From the NCBI GenBank assembly GCA_004525335.1, contig SPCL01000001.1, positions 1-32,840 on the forward strand: DNA of 32,840 nucleotides. Reading direction: 5' to 3'. The position numbers and the translations under genes were made by a program. Positions 18,447-27,012 of the stretch are shown piece by piece. The notes under the pieces are model-generated. The model had not been told where the DNA came from, searched no databases, and saw nothing but the letters and a program-made list of their open reading frames with translations. Source of the DNA: Thermodesulfobacteriales bacterium. GTDB lineage: Bacteria; Desulfobacterota_D; UBA1144; Nemesobacterales; UBA2774. Numbering within the stretch: position 1 is the first letter of the stretch; each line of letters opens with the position of its first letter.

Positions 18447-18798
18447 TGAGCAGTTCTTACACGACTGGGTAATAAGAAAAGTACAGGAGAAATATTCGAG
18501 ACAATATAGCAAAGTCCATATAAACCCTGGGGAAGAAAAGAATTATGAATTCGGCGGCGCCTACCCTGACATTATTTTTGAGAATTATGGGCAAATAGTG
18601 CAAGTAGTCGAAGTTGAAACAAAAGAAACAATAAACGAAGAAAGGGCAAAGAAATGGAAGGACCTTTCAGAACTCGGGGCAAAGCTTCATCTCTTAGTAC
18701 CCCAAAATATGCAAAATGCGGCTAGGGATATTTGCTGGAAGAGCGGTTTAATGGCTAAAGTAAAGATCGGCTCTTTTGATGTAAATCTAAATATTTAA
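18430..18798 (+). CDS. Small PD-(D/E)xK (restriction-endonuclease-like fold) protein, function unknown
   Basis: 122 aa from ATG 18430 (MARSTDEQ...). A purine-rich SD (GGGGGGAAAGG) precedes it, and it overlaps the last 17 nt of nadK. Contains P46-D47 ... E61-V-E63-T-K65 (YPDIIF...VVEVETK), the spacing and hydrophobic context of the PD-(D/E)xK nuclease core. Confidence 0.6.
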   Translation: MARSTDEQFLHDWVIRKVQEKYSRQYSKVHINPGEEKNYEFGGAYPDIIFENYGQIVQVVEVETKETINEERAKKWKDLSELGAKLHLLVPQNMQNAARDICWKSGLMAKVKIGSFDVNLNI

Positions 18799-18802
18799 TA
18801 TT

Positions 18803-18831
18803 AAGATTTCTTGCAGTTTCTGAGAAATCTT
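18803..18831 (+). terminator. Weak AT-rich hairpin downstream of the small PD-(D/E)xK ORF (possible terminator)
   Basis: AAGATTTCT (18803-18811) pairs perfectly with AGAAATCTT (18823-18831) around an 11-nt loop. Only a short T run follows. Confidence 0.3.
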
Positions 18832-18981
18832 TTACCTTTATAATCACTTGAGAAGCTAATTAGAATTTTGAAAAACTCGCTGATTGGTTTTTAAAATTAG
18901 ACCCGTAAAGCCTAATACTATCAGCCTGCTAATATCTTGAATATTTAATGCGCTTTTCTCGACTTCACGGAGGTAGTAGAA

Positions 18982-20229
18982 ATGTCTGTTCTTGAAAAAT
19001 TTGACCCGGAAATAGCCCAGATTATAAGATCTGAAACAGAGCGCCAGGAATATAGGCTAGAGCTTATAGCATCTGAGAATTATGTAAGCGAAGCAGTGCT
19101 TGAAGCAGCAGGATCGGTGCTGACCAATAAATATGCAGAAGGACTTCCCAGAAAAAGATATTACGGCGGATGTGAATTTGTAGATATTGCTGAAGACATA
19201 GCTCGTGATAGAGCTAAGGAGCTTTTTGGATGTGAGGCTGTTAATGTGCAGCCGCACTCGGGCTCTCAGGCAAATATGGCTGTTTACTTTGCAGCTATTG
19301 AACCAGGCGACACCGTGCTTGGAATGAATTTAGCACACGGCGGACATTTAACTCATGGAAGTCCGGTAAATTTCTCAGGAAGGCTTTATAATATAGTCCC
19401 ATATGGAGTTACGGAAGATACAAACTTAATTGATTATGATGAAGTCAGAAAACTCGCACAAGAACACAGCCCTAAACTTATAGTAGTCGGCTGGAGCGCA
19501 TATCCCCGCGATATTGATTTTTCAAAATTTAAAGAGATAGCCGATGAATGCGGTGCGCTGTTGATGGCAGATATAGCCCACCCGGCAGGTCTAGTGACTG
19601 CGGGGCTTTATTCAGACCCTGTCCCACATTGTGACTATGTAACTACAACAACTCATAAAACGCTACGTGGCCCCAGAGGCGGCATGATTATGATGAAGGA
19701 AGAGCATGCCAAGAAAGTTAACAGCAGAGTTTTCCCGGGCTCTCAGGGAGGGCCGTTAATGCATATAATAGCTGCTAAGGCTGTCGCTTTTAAGGAAGCG
19801 CTAACTCCGGAGTTTAAAGAATACCAGGCTCAAACAGTCAAGAACGCAAAGCACCTTGGAGAATGTATGCTTGAGCACGGGTTTAATCTTGTCTCTGGCG
19901 GCACAGATAATCACCTAATACTGGTTGATCTACGGGAAACAGATCTTACAGGTAAGATTGCCGAGGACACACTTGAGCTTGCAGGCATAACGGTAAATAA
20001 AAATGCAATCCCGTTTGACCCCAATCCCCCTGCTGTTACAAGCGGCATTAGAATTGGAACCCCTGCTATTACCACAAGAGGAATGAAAGAAGAAGAGATG
20101 GGAATTATCGCAGGATTAATAAAAGAAGCGCTGGATAACATAGAGAATGAAAGGGTTCTATCTAGAATAAAGGACGATGTTGCAGAGCTTTGTAAAAAAT
20201 TCCCAATGTATAGTGATAGGCTCGTATAG
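18982..20229 (+). CDS. glyA: Serine hydroxymethyltransferase
   Basis: 415 aa. Shows LIASENY and the PLP-lysine motif [21 protein letters not shown] upstream. Confidence 0.97.
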   Translation: MSVLEKFDPEIAQIIRSETERQEYRLELIASENYVSEAVLEAAGSVLTNKYAEGLPRKRYYGGCEFVDIAEDIARDRAKELFGCEAVNVQPHSGSQANMAVYFAAIEPGDTVLGMNLAHGGHLTHGSPVNFSGRLYNIVPYGVTEDTNLIDYDEVRKLAQEHSPKLIVVGWSAYPRDIDFSKFKEIADECGALLMADIAHPAGLVTAGLYSDPVPHCDYVTTTTHKTLRGPRGGMIMMKEEHAKKVNSRVFPGSQGGPLMHIIAAKAVAFKEALTPEFKEYQAQTVKNAKHLGECMLEHGFNLVSGGTDNHLILVDLRETDLTGKIAEDTLELAGITVNKNAIPFDPNPPAVTSGIRIGTPAITTRGMKEEEMGIIAGLIKEALDNIENERVLSRIKDDVAELCKKFPMYSDRLV

Positions 20230-20766
20230 ATGAAATGTCCATTTTGCACCAGTTTAGAAAGTAAGGTCATAGATTCACGTCTCGGAAAGGAAGAAACATC
20301 CATTAGAAGACGCCGGGAGTGCCTTGATTGCAACAGCCGCTATACAACCTATGAGCGTGTTGAAGAAGTAGAGCTTCTAATAGTAAAAAAAGGCGGCGTA
20401 AGAGAGACGTTTGATAGAAGTAAAATATTAACCGGCATGTTAAAAGCTTGTGAAAAAAGGCCGATAAGCATGGATGTAATTGAAAGCTTTGTCTCTTCCC
20501 TTGAGAGAGAGTTCCAAGAAAGGGGAGATAGAGAAGTAGATAGCGGCGAGATAGGTGAGAGGGTTATCAACAAGCTCTACGAGATAGATGAAGTTGCCTA
20601 TGTGAGATTTGCATCGGTGTATAGATCATTTAAAGATGTAAACCAGTTTATGTCGGAATTGAAAGACCTTTTAAAAGATAAAGAAGAAAACAGCAAAAAT
20701 TTAACTGAAGCTGCCAAGATAAGAGAAGCTTCTTTATCTATAATCAAAGATAAAACCCCAAAATAA
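20230..20766 (+). CDS. nrdR: Transcriptional repressor NrdR (zinc ribbon + ATP-cone)
   Basis: 178 aa. MKCPFC...CLDC zinc ribbon followed by an ATP-cone region (VIKK.G..E.FDR.K). Starts on the base after the glyA stop. Confidence 0.95.
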   Translation: MKCPFCTSLESKVIDSRLGKEETSIRRRRECLDCNSRYTTYERVEEVELLIVKKGGVRETFDRSKILTGMLKACEKRPISMDVIESFVSSLEREFQERGDREVDSGEIGERVINKLYEIDEVAYVRFASVYRSFKDVNQFMSELKDLLKDKEENSKNLTEAAKIREASLSIIKDKTPK

Positions 20767-21521
20767 TGCTAATAGACAGCCACGCACATTTAGTTTCTTT
20801 AGAGAACATCTCAGAAGTCCTACAAAGAGCTAAAGAGAACAATATTACTAAAATCGTTTCCATTTCTTCTGATATACCATCGACTGAAGCTACTATTTCT
20901 CTTGCAGAACAATACGATTTTATCTTTGCGACAACGGGTGTGCACCCCCACTCTGCAGAGCAGACAAACGAAGAGGTACTCAAGGGTCTAGATCGCTATG
21001 CTACTCATGAAAAAGTTGTGGCAATCGGAGAAACCGGCCTAGACTATTTTTATATGAACTCTGAAAAAGAAATTCAAATAAATTCTTTTACCGAGCAAAT
21101 TCGTTTGGGAAGGAAGCACAACCTGCCTATTATTATTCATGTCCGTGATGCGGATGAGGACATGCAGGAAATTTTAAAGAAAGAAACAGCAGCCGATACG
21201 CCCGGAGTGATCCACTGCTTTACGGGCAATTACGATACCGCGGTTAAGTATTTGGATTTGGGATATTATATTTCGTTCTCAGGAATAGTTACTTTTAAGA
21301 AATCTGAAGAATTAAGAGAAGCCGCAAAAAACATACCCTCAGATAAGATACTAATAGAAACAGACTCTCCGTATCTTGCTCCGGTGCCTCATAGAGGGAA
21401 GCCAAACGAGCCTTCATTTGTTAAACATGTTGCCCAGACTGTTGCAGACGTGAGAGGAATTTCAATTGATGAGCTGTCAGAAATAACAAGATCTAACACA
21501 GAGAGACTGTTCAGAATTTAA
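20766..21521 (+). CDS. tatD: TatD-family metal-dependent hydrolase/DNase
   Basis: 251 aa. Shows LIDSHAHL, GETGLDY, IIHVRDA, HCFTG and ETDSPYL motifs. 1-nt overlap with nrdR. Confidence 0.93.
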   Translation: MLIDSHAHLVSLENISEVLQRAKENNITKIVSISSDIPSTEATISLAEQYDFIFATTGVHPHSAEQTNEEVLKGLDRYATHEKVVAIGETGLDYFYMNSEKEIQINSFTEQIRLGRKHNLPIIIHVRDADEDMQEILKKETAADTPGVIHCFTGNYDTAVKYLDLGYYISFSGIVTFKKSEELREAAKNIPSDKILIETDSPYLAPVPHRGKPNEPSFVKHVAQTVADVRGISIDELSEITRSNTERLFRI

Positions 21522-21562
21522 CCGCATTTCTATCATAGTATGGAAATCCAAAGAGAAAACTC

Positions 21563-22513
21563 ATGTCTAAAAAACCTATAATCGGAATAACAATGGGGGA
21601 CCCAAACGGCGTTGGTCCCGAGGTAATTGTAAAAGCAATCTCTTCAAACGAGATAAAGGACTTATGCGAGATAGTAATATTCGGAGATGCCGGAATACTT
21701 CAAAAAGCCGCAAATAATTCCGTTAGTAATATTAAAATTGTTGAATGCTCTGAATTTGGATTAGAAGATTTAAAACCCAGCACTTTGGATAGAAAAGCCG
21801 GGCAGGCTAGCCTCGACTATATAACTACCGCAGTTAAGTCAGCTTTGGAAAATGAGATTGATGCCATTGTGACGGCGCCTATCAGTAAGGAGTCGACCCA
21901 CCTTGCCGGGTCCAAATATCCAGGACATACCGAGATGCTAAAAGATCTGAGTGGATCTAATCAAGCCGTTATGATGTTTGAAGGCCAGAAGTTTAAAGTA
22001 ATGCTCGTAACAATACACGAGGCATTGAGCAATGTTCCGAAGTTAATTAGTAAAGACAGAGTACTATCTACGATTAAGCTTACACACGATTCACTCGTAA
22101 CCCTTTTTAAAATAGATGCTCCGAAAATAGTTGTTTGCGGGCTAAACCCCCATGCGGGAGAATCAGGCGCCTTTGGTAACGAAGAGATTGACCATATAAT
22201 ACCGGCCGTTGAAGAGGCGCTAGAGTTGGGAATTAACATTGAAGGACCACTACCTGCGGACACTTTGTTTTATTATGCCAACCAGGGAAAATGGGACGCA
22301 GTAGTTGCAATGTATCACGACCAGGGATTAATTCCATTTAAAATGGTGTCGTTTAATGACGGGGTAAATATCACGCTTGGGCTTCCAATAATAAGGACCT
22401 CTCCTGATCATGGAACTGCGTTTGATATTGCATGGAAAGGGGTTGCTGATCCTTCAAGCATGATTGCCGCTATAAAAGTAGCTGCACAATTCGCTATCAA
22501 CAAATCAACTTAG
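21563..22513 (+). CDS. pdxA: 4-hydroxythreonine-4-phosphate dehydrogenase
   Basis: 316 aa. Shows GDPNGVGPE, GHTEML, NPHAGE, YHDQG and SPDHGTAFDIA motifs. Confidence 0.95.
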   Translation: MSKKPIIGITMGDPNGVGPEVIVKAISSNEIKDLCEIVIFGDAGILQKAANNSVSNIKIVECSEFGLEDLKPSTLDRKAGQASLDYITTAVKSALENEIDAIVTAPISKESTHLAGSKYPGHTEMLKDLSGSNQAVMMFEGQKFKVMLVTIHEALSNVPKLISKDRVLSTIKLTHDSLVTLFKIDAPKIVVCGLNPHAGESGAFGNEEIDHIIPAVEEALELGINIEGPLPADTLFYYANQGKWDAVVAMYHDQGLIPFKMVSFNDGVNITLGLPIIRTSPDHGTAFDIAWKGVADPSSMIAAIKVAAQFAINKST

Positions 22514-23256
22514 AGTTCTGTTAGAAGTAAATAATAAAGGAAGTATCTCGCCTGACTTCTCTCGGATAACTATATCATAGAGTCCGGCGCTGGGTGTTTC
22601 ATCAAGATTAATTTCAATTACAGTCTTGTTTGCCTGCTTCGCGACTAGACCCATTGAAGCTGCGGGCTCAACCACGCCTGATGTCCCGATAATGAGCATT
22701 ACCTGACACTCTTCAATTGCTTTTAGAATACTATCTATTAATGACATTTCGATCATCTCACCAAACCAAACCACATTTGGCCTACCGATCTCGCCACACT
22801 TCTTGCATTTGGGAGGTAATTCACGCAGCGGCACATCAAAATTTTGTTCAATATCTCCGCATTTGGTGCACATTATCTGCCACAAATTGCCGTGCATCTC
22901 GATAACACCACTACTCCCCGCCATTTGATGGAGACCATCAATATTTTGAGTGACCAGGGTGACTTTTTGGAGGTTGTTCTCTAATTCGGAAAGGGCGTAG
23001 TGACCGGGGTTGGGTTTTGCATCTTTAACAGCATTTCTTCTCCAGTCATACCACTCCCATATGAGCTTCGGGTCTTTCCAAAACGCTTCAGGGTCGCAAG
23101 CTCCTCCGGTCTGTAGTTCTGCCAAAGCCCCTCCTGCCCTCTGAATATTGGTACCCCGCTTTCTGCCGATATCCCCGCCCCTGTGAGAATTACAATGTTC
23201 GAGGCATTCTCTATTTCCTCCCGCGCTTGACTTATTTTATCTTCAGTTTCTGTCAT
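22505..23256 (-). pseudogene. cobB: NAD-dependent protein deacylase (Sir2/CobB class) interrupted by a 1-nt frameshift
   Basis: Two overlapping minus-strand ORFs together make one sirtuin. The N-terminal piece runs from ATG 23256 (MTETEDK...[33 protein letters not shown]). The C-terminal piece continues [19 protein letters not shown]...QNIDGLH...CTKC..CKKC...GTSG. The frames join if one extra C is added in the coding-strand CCC run (plus-strand GGG at 23091-23093). Confidence 0.85.
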
Positions 23257-23302
23257 GACATCCCTCTTTGTTAATATAAGTTTACCATAAAGATTAAATT
23301 TC

Positions 23303-24448
23303 TTATCTGGGATAGAGTATTTTGGTTTGAGCGACAGACTTAGGATAAACAATAACTTTTCCCCCTTCTTGCCACTGCACTACAACCATCTCATGCCCAG
23401 TCTGATTACCGTTGGTATCTGTTTTGAAGGTTCCATAAAATGTTTTGAAATCCGCACTCTTTGCAACACGCCTAAGAGTTAAATCATCCAATGTTCCGGC
23501 CTCCTGAATACATTTTTCTATGATTATTCCGATATTGTATCCCTGGGCAGCCACGTAATCGGGCTCTTTGCCGTATACAGACATAAACTTTGAAAAGAAC
23601 CCCTCAGACGAAGGGCCTATATCTGGGACAATTTGAAGACCTCTTTCCCATTGACTAGCAGATAAGATACCATCAGCTTTGCGACCAAATTTATCTTTAA
23701 ATAATTTAATCGAAGCAACAATAAACCCTGCAGCTTTTGAGTAGACCCCTTGTTTCACAATCTGTTTTGCAAGAGCAAGGTCATCCTCAGCTCGTCCCAT
23801 CCCTAGAATTAAATCAGGCTCATAAGAAGCCAGGTCTTCCAGATGGGCAGAAAAATCCTTTGTGCCTGAAATGAATTTGTACTCTCTTATATCAAAGCCC
23901 AAACTTTGTGCGTAGAACTTGGCCCCGTTTGCGACGCGGGTAGAAAACCCGCTGTTTTGAGCACTAAAAGTGGCTATTTTCATAGCATCAGGATCAGCAT
24001 TTTTTATAGCATCAATAATTCCGCATGAATAATTACTCGCCGGAGTAATGGCATTAATCACACAGGTGAAAGGTCTTTCTAAAATCTCATCTGTTGAACC
24101 ACCGTGATTCCACAATGTCTTATTATATTGCTCAGCAACTTCACAAGCTGCTAAAGCGAGAGAGCTAGAATAGGGACCGAGAAGAATATAGACATTGTCT
24201 TCTTTAATTAACTTTTCTACATTCGAGCTACATTTTTCTACAGAGCTTTCGTCGTCGTAATAAATAAGCTCTATAGGAAACGTCGCACCCAGTTCCCTTA
24301 CGAAAATTCCGCCTCGGCTATTAGTTTCCTGGAGCCAAAGCTTTATACCCTCAAAGCTCTCTACACCTTGGATTGAATAATTGCCTGTGAGTGATATGGA
24401 TAGACCGATCTTGATTTTATTCATAGATTGTTGAAACCCGATCAACAT
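23303..24448 (-). CDS. Type-I periplasmic-binding-protein-fold solute-binding protein (LivJ / branched-chain amino-acid-binding-like) without an evident signal peptide
   Basis: 381 aa. [14 protein letters not shown]...[15 protein letters not shown]...[11 protein letters not shown]...ILLGPYSS is the usual pattern of the Leu/Ile/Val-binding family. An alternative start is ATG 24424 (MNKIKIG...). Neither start gives a hydrophobic leader. No permease or ATPase genes are adjacent. Confidence 0.8.
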   Translation of the reverse strand: MLIGFQQSMNKIKIGLSISLTGNYSIQGVESFEGIKLWLQETNSRGGIFVRELGATFPIELIYYDDESSVEKCSSNVEKLIKEDNVYILLGPYSSSLALAACEVAEQYNKTLWNHGGSTDEILERPFTCVINAITPASNYSCGIIDAIKNADPDAMKIATFSAQNSGFSTRVANGAKFYAQSLGFDIREYKFISGTKDFSAHLEDLASYEPDLILGMGRAEDDLALAKQIVKQGVYSKAAGFIVASIKLFKDKFGRKADGILSASQWERGLQIVPDIGPSSEGFFSKFMSVYGKEPDYVAAQGYNIGIIIEKCIQEAGTLDDLTLRRVAKSADFKTFYGTFKTDTNGNQTGHEMVVVQWQEGGKVIVYPKSVAQTKILYPR

Positions 24449-24487
24449 TTAACTTGCCAGCGGGCGTACCAATCCTATAATGAGCTA

Positions 24488-24521
24488 TAAAAAAAGAAAA
24501 ATCCAGGTGGGCGAAGGCCCA
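24488..24521 (-). terminator. Possible rho-independent terminator after the aspartate aminotransferase gene
   Basis: On the minus strand TGGGC-CTTC-GCCCA (complement of 24508-24521) is followed 7 nt later by ATTTTTCTTTTTTTA. The stem is short and the gap before the T tract is not ideal. Confidence 0.35.
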
Positions 24522-24524
24522 GAA

Positions 24525-25718
24525 CTAAGAGAGCTTCTTAATTGCCTCTGTCATTCTATCGATCCCCTTAACAATGTCATCCATTGACGTCGCATAAGAA
24601 ATTCTGACATGATCATCAGAACCAAATGCAACTCCAGGCACTACGGCGACTTTGGCTTCATCAAGTATAAACTCTGTAAAGTCGAGTGAATCCTTTATAA
24701 TTTTGCCGTTATATTCTTTGCCGTAGCATCCCGATACATTTGGGAATACATAAAATGCCCCTTGTGGGTCGAAGCAATTAATCTGAGGTATATCGTTTAG
24801 CTTTTCTACAATATAATTTTTTCTCTGCTCAAACTCTTTTGTTCTATCATCAATTATCTGATGATCCCCTCTAAGGGCGGCAATAGCGGCCCACTGAGAG
24901 ATAGATGTCGGGTTTGACGTAGATTGCCCTTGCAGCTTACTCATTGCGCTGATCACACCTTTGTCTCCGGCTGCATATCCTATTCTCCAGCCGGTCATTG
25001 AGTAGGTTTTTGATACACCATTTACAAGAATAGTAGCTTTCTTAATATCTTCTCCCAACGAAGCAACGGGTATGTGTTTAATTCCGCCATAAATAATCTT
25101 CTCATATATTTCGTCTGAGATTATTATGAGCCCTGCATCCATTGCAACGTCTACAATTGCCCTTAGCTCCTCTTCGTTATAAGTGGCGCCAGTTGGGTTT
25201 GAAGGATAGTTTAATATAAGAGCTTTAGTGTTGGAATTTATATGCGGCTTAAGTGCTGTAGGTGTTATCTTAAATCCATCAGACTCTTTGGTTTCGAGTA
25301 TTACTGGTGTTGCCTCAGCTAGTTTGATCTGCTCGGGATATGAAACCCAGTAAGGAGCAGGAACTATAACCTCATCCCCTTTATCAAAAAGGACTTGAAT
25401 TACATTGTATAGAGTATGCTTGGCGCCTACTGACGCTATAATTTCAGATTTCTCATACTCAAGATTGTGGTCCTCTTTCAATCTGTAAATAATGGCATCT
25501 TTTAATTCGTCTATACCGCCAACACCAGTGTACTTGGTCATACCCTCATTGATTGCCTTTATAGCAGCTTCTTTCACATGATCAGGGCTGTCAAAATCAG
25601 GCTCGCCCGCTCCAAATCCTATAACATCCACTCCTTGGGATTTAAGGGCTTTTGCTTTTGCTGTAATAGTTAGAGTCGCCGAGGGTTGTAATCTCTCAGC
25701 TCGTGCAGATAATTTCAT
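24525..25718 (-). CDS. Class I PLP aminotransferase, aspartate aminotransferase-like
   Basis: 397 aa. Shows GAGEPDFDSP, NPSNPTG and the PLP-lysine context SKTYSMTGWRIGY. Confidence 0.92.
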   Translation of the reverse strand: MKLSARAERLQPSATLTITAKAKALKSQGVDVIGFGAGEPDFDSPDHVKEAAIKAINEGMTKYTGVGGIDELKDAIIYRLKEDHNLEYEKSEIIASVGAKHTLYNVIQVLFDKGDEVIVPAPYWVSYPEQIKLAEATPVILETKESDGFKITPTALKPHINSNTKALILNYPSNPTGATYNEEELRAIVDVAMDAGLIIISDEIYEKIIYGGIKHIPVASLGEDIKKATILVNGVSKTYSMTGWRIGYAAGDKGVISAMSKLQGQSTSNPTSISQWAAIAALRGDHQIIDDRTKEFEQRKNYIVEKLNDIPQINCFDPQGAFYVFPNVSGCYGKEYNGKIIKDSLDFTEFILDEAKVAVVPGVAFGSDDHVRISYATSMDDIVKGIDRMTEAIKKLS

Positions 25719-25731
25719 TGGGTAAATCCTC

Positions 25732-26214
25732 CTAACTTTTTAAAAGTTTTTCCCTTAACCGTTTTTCTACAATTTCCGGAACCATATGTGACGCTGATCC
25801 GTTTAAGGATACAACCTCTTTTATAACTGAAGAGCTTATATGTGAAAACTCACTGTCAGTTACCATAAATACCGTTTCCAGCTCAGAACTAAGAGTTTTA
25901 TTCGCGAGAGCCATTTGCATCTCGAACTCAAAATCCGACACTGTCCTCATCCCCCTTAAAACAATATTAGTGCCCTTAGTTTTTATATATTCAACAAGTA
26001 ATCCTTCAAAATAATCTACTTTCACGTTGTCCCTATTTTTAAAGACTTCATTTAAAATTTCAACCCTTTCTTCAACAGTAAAAACAGTCTTTTTAGATGT
26101 ATTATGTGCGACAGCCACTATAATCTGATCAAACACTCTGACTCCGCGTTCGATTATGTTCTTGTGCCCATTAGTAAATGGGTCAAATGATCCGGGATAA
26201 ATTGCAACTTTCAT
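25732..26214 (-). CDS. coaD: Phosphopantetheine adenylyltransferase
   Basis: 160 aa. Shows YPGSFDPFTNGH and ISSSVIKE motifs. The ATG overlaps the rsmD stop (TAATG). Confidence 0.96.
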   Translation of the reverse strand: MKVAIYPGSFDPFTNGHKNIIERGVRVFDQIIVAVAHNTSKKTVFTVEERVEILNEVFKNRDNVKVDYFEGLLVEYIKTKGTNIVLRGMRTVSDFEFEMQMALANKTLSSELETVFMVTDSEFSHISSSVIKEVVSLNGSASHMVPEIVEKRLREKLLKS

Positions 26215-26768
26215 TATTGTTCACCCTTCCTAAAATAACTAACCTGAGTCTCTCCAAATGGTTTAGTAAACCTTGCAAAACCCGGGGGGGGGGTATCTTC
26301 TGTTTTGTAGTTGTGCTCTATTACAATAACCCCGTCATCGTCTAATAACTCTTCAACATCTAGAATGAAATCCTTAACTTCTAAGGTACTATAAAGCTTA
26401 TATGGCGGATCGATAAATATTAAGTCAAAAACCTCATTTTTACTTCTTAGCTTTGCTAAAGCGACCTTGTAATCAAAACAAATCAAACTTGCCTTATCTG
26501 TAAAACCGCAGTGCTCGTAATTCTCTTTAATAATCTTAAACACCAAGGGGTCCTTCTCTATCGCAGTCACGTGAGCGGCTCCTCGGCTTATAGATTCTAT
26601 CCCTAAACCTCCTGAACCGGCGAAAATATCCAGGACTTTCATCTCTGATATATCACCCAGGGTATCAAACACAGACTTCTTAACCCTGCTGGTCATAGGA
26701 CGAATCTTCTGCCCTTTAGGAACTTTGAGATTTCTGCCTTTAGCCGTCCCTGTTAATACCCGCAACAT
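26214..26768 (-). CDS. rsmD: 16S rRNA (guanine966-N2)-methyltransferase RsmD
   Basis: 184 aa. SAM-binding motif LDIFAGSGGLGIESISRGA and the DPPY motif. Conserved rsmD-coaD gene pair. Confidence 0.93.
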   Translation of the reverse strand: MLRVLTGTAKGRNLKVPKGQKIRPMTSRVKKSVFDTLGDISEMKVLDIFAGSGGLGIESISRGAAHVTAIEKDPLVFKIIKENYEHCGFTDKASLICFDYKVALAKLRSKNEVFDLIFIDPPYKLYSTLEVKDFILDVEELLDDDGVIVIEHNYKTEDTPPPGFARFTKPFGETQVSYFRKGEQ

Positions 26769-27012
26769 TGGATTGTTATACTACCATGGAGTCTATTTTT
26801 GGCAAAGCAAAATAAAGGTCTATTTTACTATTAGTTTTTCAATTGTGTTTTCTTGCACACACTCTGCTGTACCATATAACCTAAAAACCAATTAACCATT
26901 TACTAAAACTTGACATAACACTTCTACATAATTGTATTTTTCTTATTATATATAAATGGCACACATGTTGCTATTTAATTGGATTAAATACAATTAACAG
27001 GGAGGACGTATC

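Noticed and set aside
19911-20333. 140-aa minus-strand ORF spanning the glyA/nrdR junction, and similar antisense ORFs listed in the track (3702-3932, 3999-4247, 6399-6740, 11572-11853, 15171-15434, 21961-22263 and others)
   Set aside because: All are embedded antisense to, or out of frame with, strongly supported conserved genes. They show low-complexity composition and no start signals.
23085-23100. Programmed -1 ribosomal frameshift as the explanation for the split sirtuin
   Set aside because: There is no X-XXY-YYZ slippery heptamer and no obvious downstream stimulatory structure at the junction. A one-base indel in a C run is the simpler explanation.
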